Assembly: GCA_902629125.1 (NCBI GenBank)
Contig: CACOPQ010000009.1
Span: 14-64,013 of the forward strand
DNA: 64,000 nucleotides
Direction: 5' to 3'
DNA from: an uncultured Alphaproteobacteria bacterium
GTDB lineage: Bacteria; Pseudomonadota; Alphaproteobacteria; Thalassobaculales; Thalassobaculaceae
In this document: positions 41,700 through 49,161 of the stretch, in pieces
How positions within the stretch are numbered: position 1 is the stretch's first letter
How the letters are laid out: each line of letters opens with the position of its first letter
Program-made: the position numbers and the translations under genes
The notes under the pieces: model-generated
What the model was told of the DNA's origin: nothing
Databases searched by the model: none
What the model saw: only the letters and a program-made list of their open reading frames with translations

Positions 41700-42733
41700 T
41701 GAAGCTAAACTCTTCATTAATTCTATTTTTACTGGCAGTATCCTCTACGGTAGCCGCTCTATACTCTATCAACAGCTCAGAAGATTATCAGCGCACAACA
41801 GTTGATAACGCGCCAGTTTTTCCCCGGTTGAATGCTAAACCAGAGGCTGCAAACGCTCTATTCATAGAAACCGGGGGTCTCAAACTAAAATTCAAGCAAA
41901 ACGAGGACTCTGTCTGGATCGCTGAAGATAAATTTGAATATCCTGCATCTTCTAAACTTATACAAAACGTCATTAGTCAACTTGCAGATATGCGCAAAAT
42001 AGCTATAAAGACTAAAATGCCATCTAGGTTTAATCAGATCGGTGTGGAGCCTTATCAAAATGTTGATGCAAATTCAGTTTTTGTAAAGTTGCAAGGCGCC
42101 GATGGGGAAATATTGGCTGAAAGCATATTAGGTGCACAATTTAGACGGAATAATATTGGCGTTGCTGAAGGAACTTTTATCCGGCATCCAAAAGAGCAGC
42201 AGGCGTGGTTGGCAAGTGGAAGTATTGATATCCCAAGTGATTTATTATCTTGGTTGGATACGCGAATTTTAAACATTGAATCAAAAGAAATAAAAAAGAT
42301 AAAACTTTTTGGAAAACTGGGTGCGACAGCGGTTGTGGCGAGAACCAATGATCACAGTGGATTTATATACCAAAATCGAGATGGCGTTGGGTATTTAGAT
42401 GGAGAAACACCTAAAAATCTCTTTGAAAGCCTAACCAAATTGAGTTTTGTTGATGTGTGGCCGCGTAAGACCTCGGAAAAGTGGCAATCTATTCTATATT
42501 TTGAAGTTGAAGCATCTTCGGGATCAAAAATAGCTGGGGAATTATTTAGAGGTGATAGTCGAAAAATTTTACACTTCTCAGTTGAAAAAAACGCTCTTAA
42601 AAAGCCCGCATCCCGAGGCCTAGGAGAAACAATTGCCTACAGTGAGTTGGATAAGTGGAGTTATGTTATTCCATCCTGGCAAGCGGACAGGTTCTTAGAG
42701 GGTCTAAAGGTTATAGAGGGGGAACTGCGATAA
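41699..42733 (+). CDS. DUF4340-like periplasmic protein (N-terminal anchor/signal)
   Basis: Signal-anchor followed by a beta-rich repeat-like domain. It occupies the third gene position after GldG, as in the second module (60605..61660). Start overlaps the upstream stop (TAATG). Confidence 0.55.
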   Translation: MKLNSSLILFLLAVSSTVAALYSINSSEDYQRTTVDNAPVFPRLNAKPEAANALFIETGGLKLKFKQNEDSVWIAEDKFEYPASSKLIQNVISQLADMRKIAIKTKMPSRFNQIGVEPYQNVDANSVFVKLQGADGEILAESILGAQFRRNNIGVAEGTFIRHPKEQQAWLASGSIDIPSDLLSWLDTRILNIESKEIKKIKLFGKLGATAVVARTNDHSGFIYQNRDGVGYLDGETPKNLFESLTKLSFVDVWPRKTSEKWQSILYFEVEASSGSKIAGELFRGDSRKILHFSVEKNALKKPASRGLGETIAYSELDKWSYVIPSWQADRFLEGLKVIEGELR

Positions 42734-42767
42734 TAAGCAAATTTAAATTTGCAGTCGGTTTGAAAAA

Positions 42768-43222
42768 ATGAAAAGCCCAATGGAAATCGCATTCTTCGAG
42801 GCTAAGAAAGCTGCTGCAGTAGGAGAAGTACCCATTGGTGTAGTTATAAGAGATGATCTGAATGATACTATCTTAGTTTCGACGCATAATAAAGTAGAGC
42901 AACTTTTAGACCCAACGGCGCACGCTGAAATGCTTGCCATAAGAGAAGCTACTTCGATTTTAGGAACCAAAGTACTATCTAATTGCACAATTTTTGTAAC
43001 ACTAGAACCTTGTGCTATGTGCGCGCAGGCTATTTCCCTAGCAAAGTTTAAAAGGCTGATCTTTGGTGCTTATGATCCGAAGGGGGGGGGGGCGTAGAGC
43101 ATGGAGGGCGAATATTTGATACGGCTACATGCAACCATCGACCTGAAGTAATAGGGGGTTGGCATGAGACGGAGTGCAGTGAATTGCTAGTTGCATTTTT
43201 CCAGCAGCTACGTGAATCCTAA
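42768..43222 (+). pseudogene. tadA: tRNA adenosine(34) deaminase TadA, reading frame broken in a G11 homopolymer (probably artefactual)
   Basis: HAEMLAIREA and PCAMCA zinc motifs lie in 42768..43097. The conserved C-terminus VEHGGRIFDTATCNHRPEVIGGWHETECSELLVAFFQQLRES continues in another frame to the TAA at 43220..43222. The break is in G-run 43082..43092. Confidence 0.8.
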
Positions 43223-43341
43223 AAATTCGGTTATAAAAAAATAAAGCCAGTTATGGTGAATATTTTTCTGATTTGGACCCATCTTTTTTTGCATGTGGTT
43301 CGTAAAGAGATTGAGTTGTGCTAACACACTAAGTTTTAAAT

Positions 43342-44199
43342 TCATTTATTCTCTAAAACGCCTTTTATCCATGCTGCCGTTTTGGCTAAACCTCCAAAAG
43401 GGTAAAAGTGAAGTTGCTCTAATAAACAATCCGGATCTTGGAACTTAGCACTAGCTATACCCTCTATGATATTATAAGGGTCCTGAGTAAGAACTAATTT
43501 TGTAAGATTTTTTGTTTGCCTAGTCAAAACGCGTATTGAAGGACCAATTCCAGACATGGTAGCAAACTTGATTAGGGTGTTTAAGGTTGCGGGCCCCGGA
43601 ATGCCTATATGTATTGGTAGTTTATTGCCGTCTCTCCGTATATTTTTCTCCCAATTTATGATTGAAGGGACCTCAAAACAGAATTGTGTTGTAATGTAGG
43701 CTTCTATGTTTGAGTTTCTAGCCCATTTGTTTTTATCAATGATCGCGTTAGCTAATTTATCCTTGTTGATATCTGGTGATCCCTCTGGATGACCTGCTAC
43801 GCCAACTTTTCTTATTTGGTACTTCTCCAATAAGCCCGAATTAAGAATCTGTAGGCTGTCAGAAAAGGGGCCGAGTGGCCTTGCGATACCTCCCGCAATT
43901 ACCAGTACTTCACAGACGTTGGCCGTCGAGACTAATAGATCTAAAAATATCTCTAAAGCCCCCCTGTTCTCAAAGTTTCGAGCAACAATGTGGGGAACGG
44001 GATTAAATCCTTCTTCATTTAGCCTTTTGCAGACCTTTACAGTATCTCTTAAATTAGATCCTGGAAGAAATGTTACATTTATGGATGTTCCGAGTGATAG
44101 ATGCTCTTGAAAGTTTTCTATTTTGCGTGCGGAAGTTGGCGTCACTTCTGTCGAAAAACCATAAAGAAGTGAAGAAATTTGTTTAAATGAAGCGGACAA
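43342..44199 (-). CDS. methylenetetrahydrofolate reductase family protein
   Basis: Collinear resemblance to MetF (ITTQFCFE versus ITQFFFD; IGIPGP versus IPGILP). TTG start with AAGGA 7 nt upstream. Confidence 0.65.
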   Translation of the reverse strand: MSASFKQISSLLYGFSTEVTPTSARKIENFQEHLSLGTSINVTFLPGSNLRDTVKVCKRLNEEGFNPVPHIVARNFENRGALEIFLDLLVSTANVCEVLVIAGGIARPLGPFSDSLQILNSGLLEKYQIRKVGVAGHPEGSPDINKDKLANAIIDKNKWARNSNIEAYITTQFCFEVPSIINWEKNIRRDGNKLPIHIGIPGPATLNTLIKFATMSGIGPSIRVLTRQTKNLTKLVLTQDPYNIIEGIASAKFQDPDCLLEQLHFYPFGGLAKTAAWIKGVLENK

Positions 44200-44381
44200 G
44201 ACAAATTCCTTAAAAAGGTTTACCAGGTATAAATAAACCTAGTATAAATTTTTATAGGTTTAAGGAGAATAATCTTTTTGAATTGGGTAAAATTTTTTTC
44301 AATAGCTCACAGCAAAAAGTTGCGGATACAACTTATAATGCAAAACTGACTTTTTTTCGCGCGCTTTATGGAGTTTAGACG

Positions 44382-45572
44382 ATGAGCCAAGAAGTAGTAA
44401 TTGGTGGGGGTAAGAGAACGCCCTTTGGAGACTTTGGAAAATCACTTAGAGACACTCCAATGTCTCAACTTGCAACACATGCTGCTAATGCTGCATTAAT
44501 GGACGCCAAAGTAGATCCCATCGACGTAGATCACCTTGTTTGGGGGAATGTCCTGCCAGTTGATCCAGATGGTTTTTATACTGGAAGAGTAGCAGCTCTA
44601 AACGTGGGGATGCCAGAGGAAAGTTGTGCCCTGCAGGTAAATCGAGCTTGCGGGTCTGGTACACAAGCGATTATTACGGCGGCTCAACAAATAATGACTG
44701 GGCATAGTAAAATTGCGCTAGCAGGAGGAGGCGAAAACTTCTCACGTGGTGGTTTTGTTAATCAAAAAATGCGTTGGGGAGCTATAAGAGGTGCTCAACC
44801 ATTTGAAGACTCTGTAGAGTGGGCTTATAACGATCCGTTTGGCCACGGTCTTATGGGGGTTACCGGCGAAAATTTAGCGGATGACTTTCAATATCTCAGA
44901 GAAGATATGGATAAATGGGGTGAGATGAGCCAGCGAAGAGCTGGGATGGCTATGGAATCAGGATTCTTGGCAAAACAAATAGCGCCAATCGAGGTAGCTG
45001 AAGGCCGAAAAAACACACGTTTAATGGAAGATGACGAATTTCCAAGACCTGATATTACGATCGAAAAATTAGCAAAGCTTAAACCAGTATTTCGTAAAGA
45101 AGGGCGAATAACTCCAGGTAATTCTAGTGGTGTAACCGATGGAGCGGCGTTTGTGGTTATTGGTGATCGAGAAGCTTTGGAAAGAAAAGAAGTCAAACCC
45201 ATAGTTAAGGTAGTGGACTGGACTATCGTTGGAGTTCCGCCAAGAATTATGGGATGTGGACCAGTGCCAGCAATCAAAGCTCTTTGGGAAAAACGGAGCT
45301 TGAAATCTTCAGATATAGATTACTATGAAATAAACGAGGCTTTCGCTGTGGTTAATTTGCATGCCGAGAGAGAATTAGGAGTTAGTAGATCGGTGACCAA
45401 TCAATACGGCGGAGGAATTTCGATAGGTCATCCCCCAGGTGCCACCGGGGTTCGTATGGTTCTTACAGCAATGCATCACTTAATTGATACAGATCAGCAA
45501 TATGCTGTAGTCAGTATGTGTATGGGAGCAGGCCAGGGTATGGCGGTGTTATTGGAAAATTTAAATAGATGA
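44382..45572 (+). CDS. acetyl-CoA C-acyltransferase (thiolase)
   Basis: NRACGSGTQAI (Cys nucleophile), NEAFA, GGGISIGHPPGATG and CMGAGQG motifs. Confidence 0.9.
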   Translation: MSQEVVIGGGKRTPFGDFGKSLRDTPMSQLATHAANAALMDAKVDPIDVDHLVWGNVLPVDPDGFYTGRVAALNVGMPEESCALQVNRACGSGTQAIITAAQQIMTGHSKIALAGGGENFSRGGFVNQKMRWGAIRGAQPFEDSVEWAYNDPFGHGLMGVTGENLADDFQYLREDMDKWGEMSQRRAGMAMESGFLAKQIAPIEVAEGRKNTRLMEDDEFPRPDITIEKLAKLKPVFRKEGRITPGNSSGVTDGAAFVVIGDREALERKEVKPIVKVVDWTIVGVPPRIMGCGPVPAIKALWEKRSLKSSDIDYYEINEAFAVVNLHAERELGVSRSVTNQYGGGISIGHPPGATGVRMVLTAMHHLIDTDQQYAVVSMCMGAGQGMAVLLENLNR

Positions 45573-45605
45573 TTTCCTGCTATTCTTAGACTCTGGGGGT
45601 ATGAT

Positions 45606-46364
45606 TTGTTCCGCACAAATTCTTTAAACGATAAAGTTGCCATTATTACCGGTGCCTCACAAGGTTTAGGAAAACAATTTGCAAGTCTAGTGGCAGCTAA
45701 TGGTGCCAAAGTCGCACTTGCTGCTAGACAAGTACCAAAACTTGAGGAGCTGAAAAATAAACTTGAAGAATGCGGCTCGGAGGTAATGGTTATTGAGATG
45801 GATGTTTTAGATCAAGAAAGTATCATTCAAGGTGTCGCTGAAGTAGAGAGTAAATGGGCTATACCTGACATTTTGATTAATAATGCAGGCCTTGCGATCA
45901 ATAAACCATTTCTTGATGTTGAGGAAAGCGAATACGACAGAGTTTTAGATACTAACCTGAAGGGATGCTTCTTTTGTGCTCAGGCCGTTGCTAGAAGAAT
46001 GGTTGAGAAGAAAAGCGGCTCTATAATCAATATATCATCAGTCCTGGGCACGCGGCCTATTGGCACGCTTACAACATATTGTGCATCAAAGGGCGGCCTC
46101 AACCAATTGACAGCTACAATGGCTCTGGAGTTGGCCCGATACAACATCCGCGTTAATGCTATTGCGCCGGGCTATATTGAAACCCCTATGAATAGTGATT
46201 TTTTCAAATCTCCACCAGGCGAAGCATTGATCAACTCTGTTCCCCAACGGCGGTTAGGCCAAGTGCAAGACCTTGATGGGGTGCTACTTTTACTGGCATC
46301 AGATGCATCTAATTTTGTGACTGGAACAGTTATGACCATTGATGGTGGCTTTTCTATTCGGTGA
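45606..46364 (+). CDS. SDR-family oxidoreductase (FabG/3-hydroxyacyl-CoA dehydrogenase-like)
   Basis: TGASQGLG, NNAG and YCASKGG (YxxxK) motifs. Confidence 0.85.
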   Translation: MFRTNSLNDKVAIITGASQGLGKQFASLVAANGAKVALAARQVPKLEELKNKLEECGSEVMVIEMDVLDQESIIQGVAEVESKWAIPDILINNAGLAINKPFLDVEESEYDRVLDTNLKGCFFCAQAVARRMVEKKSGSIINISSVLGTRPIGTLTTYCASKGGLNQLTATMALELARYNIRVNAIAPGYIETPMNSDFFKSPPGEALINSVPQRRLGQVQDLDGVLLLLASDASNFVTGTVMTIDGGFSIR

Positions 46365-47256
46365 AGTGCTTAAGTAGCCAATCCGCAGTTTCTTTTGGAC
46401 ACTCTTCTATAACGTAGTGCCCACAATCAATTCCCCCCCCAATTAGTTCTGCCGATACATAGTTGCGCCAAATTTTAAGTAGGTCTCCATAAACCTTTCC
46501 GGTATGACTGTCTTCTCCCCATATAATTAACGACGGACAATCTATATGATTATGGTTTTGAAAGTCCTTTGTATCCATTGTGAAATCTGAAGTTGCGCAC
46601 GCTCGATAATCCTCGCATGACCCGCGGATAGTTTTCCAATTAAAGCAGCGAATGTATTCCTTTAAAGCTTCGGGCGAAAATGGTTTGAGGCCTTTCCCTG
46701 GCTTTGAGATCTTTTTTTCTATGAAGTATTCTGGAGGCACAGCTGCCATCATTCTTTCCGGCATATCATAAGGCTGAATCATAAATAGCCAATGCCAAGA
46801 GGAATCGGCCCACTCTGCGGACGTGTTGTTCCAAATATAATGGCTAGGCAGAATATCGATTAGTGCACATTTTTTTACTATTTCTTTGTGATCTAGGGCC
46901 ATGCGATGTGCAGTTCGAGCTCCTCGGTCATGACCAGCTACGTAGAAAGTATGGTGGCCTAATAACTCCATTACTTTTATTAAATCGATAGCCATAGCTC
47001 TAAAAGAATAATTTATACTTTCTGGTCCCCCATCTTCTGGGCCAATAGAGTCGCCGTAGCCCCTAAGATCAACGCATATAATTGAGAAGTGTTTCTCAAG
47101 AAAAGGAACAACTTTATGCCAGGAGACATGGGTTAAAGGATTTCCATGTATAAGTAACAGGGGTGGGCCTTTTCCACCGATACGAGTATTTATTGATGCA
47201 GCACCAAAACCATTATCAGGAATATCGAAAGTTCTTTTCTCAAAATTCTCAAACAT
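46354..47256 (-). CDS. alpha/beta hydrolase with Asp nucleophile (epoxide hydrolase / haloacetate dehalogenase class)
   Basis: HGNP oxyanion motif and AGHDRGA nucleophile elbow. The 3' end overlaps the convergent SDR gene by 11 nt. Confidence 0.75.
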   Translation of the reverse strand: MFENFEKRTFDIPDNGFGAASINTRIGGKGPPLLLIHGNPLTHVSWHKVVPFLEKHFSIICVDLRGYGDSIGPEDGGPESINYSFRAMAIDLIKVMELLGHHTFYVAGHDRGARTAHRMALDHKEIVKKCALIDILPSHYIWNNTSAEWADSSWHWLFMIQPYDMPERMMAAVPPEYFIEKKISKPGKGLKPFSPEALKEYIRCFNWKTIRGSCEDYRACATSDFTMDTKDFQNHNHIDCPSLIIWGEDSHTGKVYGDLLKIWRNYVSAELIGGGIDCGHYVIEECPKETADWLLKHFTE

Positions 47257-47308
47257 AATAAGAACTGTTTCCTTGTCTGCAGTTTTGGTTGCATATTCAA
47301 AAAAAAAC

Positions 47309-47638
47309 TTAATTTTCGCTTTGTTGTTTGAAATCTAGTTTCCGTTTCCTGTGAATAAGATAAAGATTTCTAGTGTAGATCAATATCCCTGTACCTTGGC
47401 CAACCATTATTACGAGGTCCTTTTTAGAGAAAGCGTAGATAAAAAGCGTAATTCCTCCAAGCAGACTAAAATACCAAAATGGGAGTGGAATAACACTTTC
47501 GCGCTTTTTTTCGCTTACTACCCATTGTATCAAAAACCTTGCGCTAAAAAGACCTTGCCCGACAAAACCGATTATAAGAAGAATAGCCTCATTAGTTCTT
47601 ATTCCATTTGGGAAAAACCAATCTAATAAGAGTTCCAT
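47309..47638 (-). CDS. stand-alone lipid-A-biosynthesis N-terminal (LAB_N) domain membrane protein
   Basis: Three-TM, 109-aa protein with GQ.LFS.RF..QW..SEK...S..P..FW..S..G ... Y pattern. Confidence 0.6.
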   Translation of the reverse strand: MELLLDWFFPNGIRTNEAILLIIGFVGQGLFSARFLIQWVVSEKKRESVIPLPFWYFSLLGGITLFIYAFSKKDLVIMVGQGTGILIYTRNLYLIHRKRKLDFKQQSEN

Positions 47639-47644
47639 ACAGTT

Positions 47645-48373
47645 TTATTCCTTGCTATCCGTATTTTTTGGGTACCTTCGTATGAGCCACATAACTCCCA
47701 GAAGGTCAACAATACCTACAACTAATCTTTGAAAGTTTGCGTATTTGGAAACCCCGTGCTTTCGATGCCTATGGTTGACTGGAACAACAAAGATCCTACA
47801 GCCCTCTCTTTTTGCAAGCGCGGGTAAAAAACGGTGAATATGATCGAAATATGGCAATCGAAGAAATAAATTTTTATCAAATAACTTCAAACCACATCCC
47901 GTGTCTGGATTGTCATCCTTTAATAGGTGAGCGCGTATAGTATTTGCGATTTTTGATGCATAGCGTTTCGCCCAGGAGTCTTTTCTTGTTACCCTATGTC
48001 CTGTAACCATTGAAAAATGGGACTCGTGGCTTTGTTCATATTTTTTCAAAAGACTCGGGATATCAGCGGGATCATTCTGACCGTCACCATCTAAGGTAAC
48101 TATTATGTCGTTTTTGGCAGCTAAAATTCCAGTACGGAGTCCAGCACTCTGTCCGGCGCGTTGCAAGTGATGGATTACACGAATTTCCGATATTTCATTT
48201 TTAAGTTTCGTTAATGTGAGGGCGGTATCATCTGCACTACAGTCGTTTATAAATATTATTTCATAGTTGCAAATTCCTCTCAATGCGGAGCCAATCTCTC
48301 GTGTTAACGGATATATATTCTCCTCTTCATTAAACACTGGCACCACAACTGAAATGGACGATCCTATATTCAT
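47645..48373 (-). CDS. family 2 glycosyltransferase, polyprenyl-phosphate sugar synthase type (ArnC/DPM1-like)
   Basis: VVVPVFNEEENI, INDCSADDT and TLDGDGQND (DxD) motifs plus a C-terminal TM. Confidence 0.8.
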   Translation of the reverse strand: MNIGSSISVVVPVFNEEENIYPLTREIGSALRGICNYEIIFINDCSADDTALTLTKLKNEISEIRVIHHLQRAGQSAGLRTGILAAKNDIIVTLDGDGQNDPADIPSLLKKYEQSHESHFSMVTGHRVTRKDSWAKRYASKIANTIRAHLLKDDNPDTGCGLKLFDKNLFLRLPYFDHIHRFLPALAKREGCRIFVVPVNHRHRKHGVSKYANFQRLVVGIVDLLGVMWLIRRYPKNTDSKE

Positions 48374-48463
48374 TTTAATAGCCCTAAACCCTGCTGGTTA
48401 ATTCTATCTTTCTCGCCTTGCTAGCAATAATCACTTAATCGAATAAGTTGTAGAAACTTTCTA

Positions 48464-49150
48464 TTACTTTTGTCCGGATAATAGTACATGAAAATAGTAT
48501 CTGTTTAATAATATCGCTGTAACTATACCTAGATATGCCCCAAAGATTACATCACTAGGAAAATGTGCCAGGATCATAATCCTACTTATGCCAACTATAA
48601 TAGCTAATAGTAAAAACAATATTAAATGTCTTGGGTATATTATTGAGAGTGCAACACAAATAGAAAAAATTGTTTGTGAATGTCCAGATGGAAACGAATT
48701 CATTGCTATGTCAAAGTTGAGTGGAGAAAAACCATATAGATCCTCGGAAAGCAAATAACGAGGCCTATAGCGCCCTACTATTATCTTCAATACATGATGC
48801 AAAAAACCTGAGACTATACACGATAGTATGAGATACAAAAATATCGACTTGTAGCGTTTAAATTTCTTATTGTGCTTTTCTAGGAGTGGCAGTTTGGGTC
48901 CCAATAAGGATACAGATAGACCTATGACGAAAATCACGAGCCACCACGTAGCATCACCGATAACAGTAATAATCCGAAATGTATCAATGAACAAATAGGT
49001 CTGATACTGGGCTATGAAAAGCGCTAGATTTCGTTCGAAAAAAAAACCAATAAAAATTGTAAATACGATTACAAAAAAGAGTGTTAGGCCCAAAGGTTGG
49101 TGTCTAATGATCTGCAAAAACTTTTCAATTTTAAATTCATTGTTCGACAT
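48464..49150 (-). CDS. PAP2-family lipid phosphatase (LpxE/LpxF-like)
   Basis: All three PAP2 motifs are present: K-x6-RP (KIIVGRYRP), PSGH (FPSGHS) and SR-x5-H-x3-D (SRIMILAHFPSD). Polytopic membrane protein. Confidence 0.75.
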   Translation of the reverse strand: MSNNEFKIEKFLQIIRHQPLGLTLFFVIVFTIFIGFFFERNLALFIAQYQTYLFIDTFRIITVIGDATWWLVIFVIGLSVSLLGPKLPLLEKHNKKFKRYKSIFLYLILSCIVSGFLHHVLKIIVGRYRPRYLLSEDLYGFSPLNFDIAMNSFPSGHSQTIFSICVALSIIYPRHLILFLLLAIIVGISRIMILAHFPSDVIFGAYLGIVTAILLNRYYFHVLLSGQK

Positions 49151-49161
49151 GATCGGCTACA

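Noticed and set aside
42737-42752. Perfect 16-nt palindrome GCAAATTTAAATTTGC after the first DUF4340 gene; possible terminator.
   Set aside because: The stem is AT-rich and short, no U-tract follows, and tadA starts 16 nt later. It is not convincing as an intrinsic terminator.
44200-44381. Looked for a SAM-II/SAM-V-type riboswitch upstream of the MetF-like gene, and for other riboswitch-like leaders in gaps over 150 nt (9477..9780, 18946..19136, 33685..33874, 34154..34349, 36077..36269, 58274..58536).
   Set aside because: I saw no recognisable conserved cores or convincing nested helices by eye. A covariance-model scan would be needed to exclude them properly.
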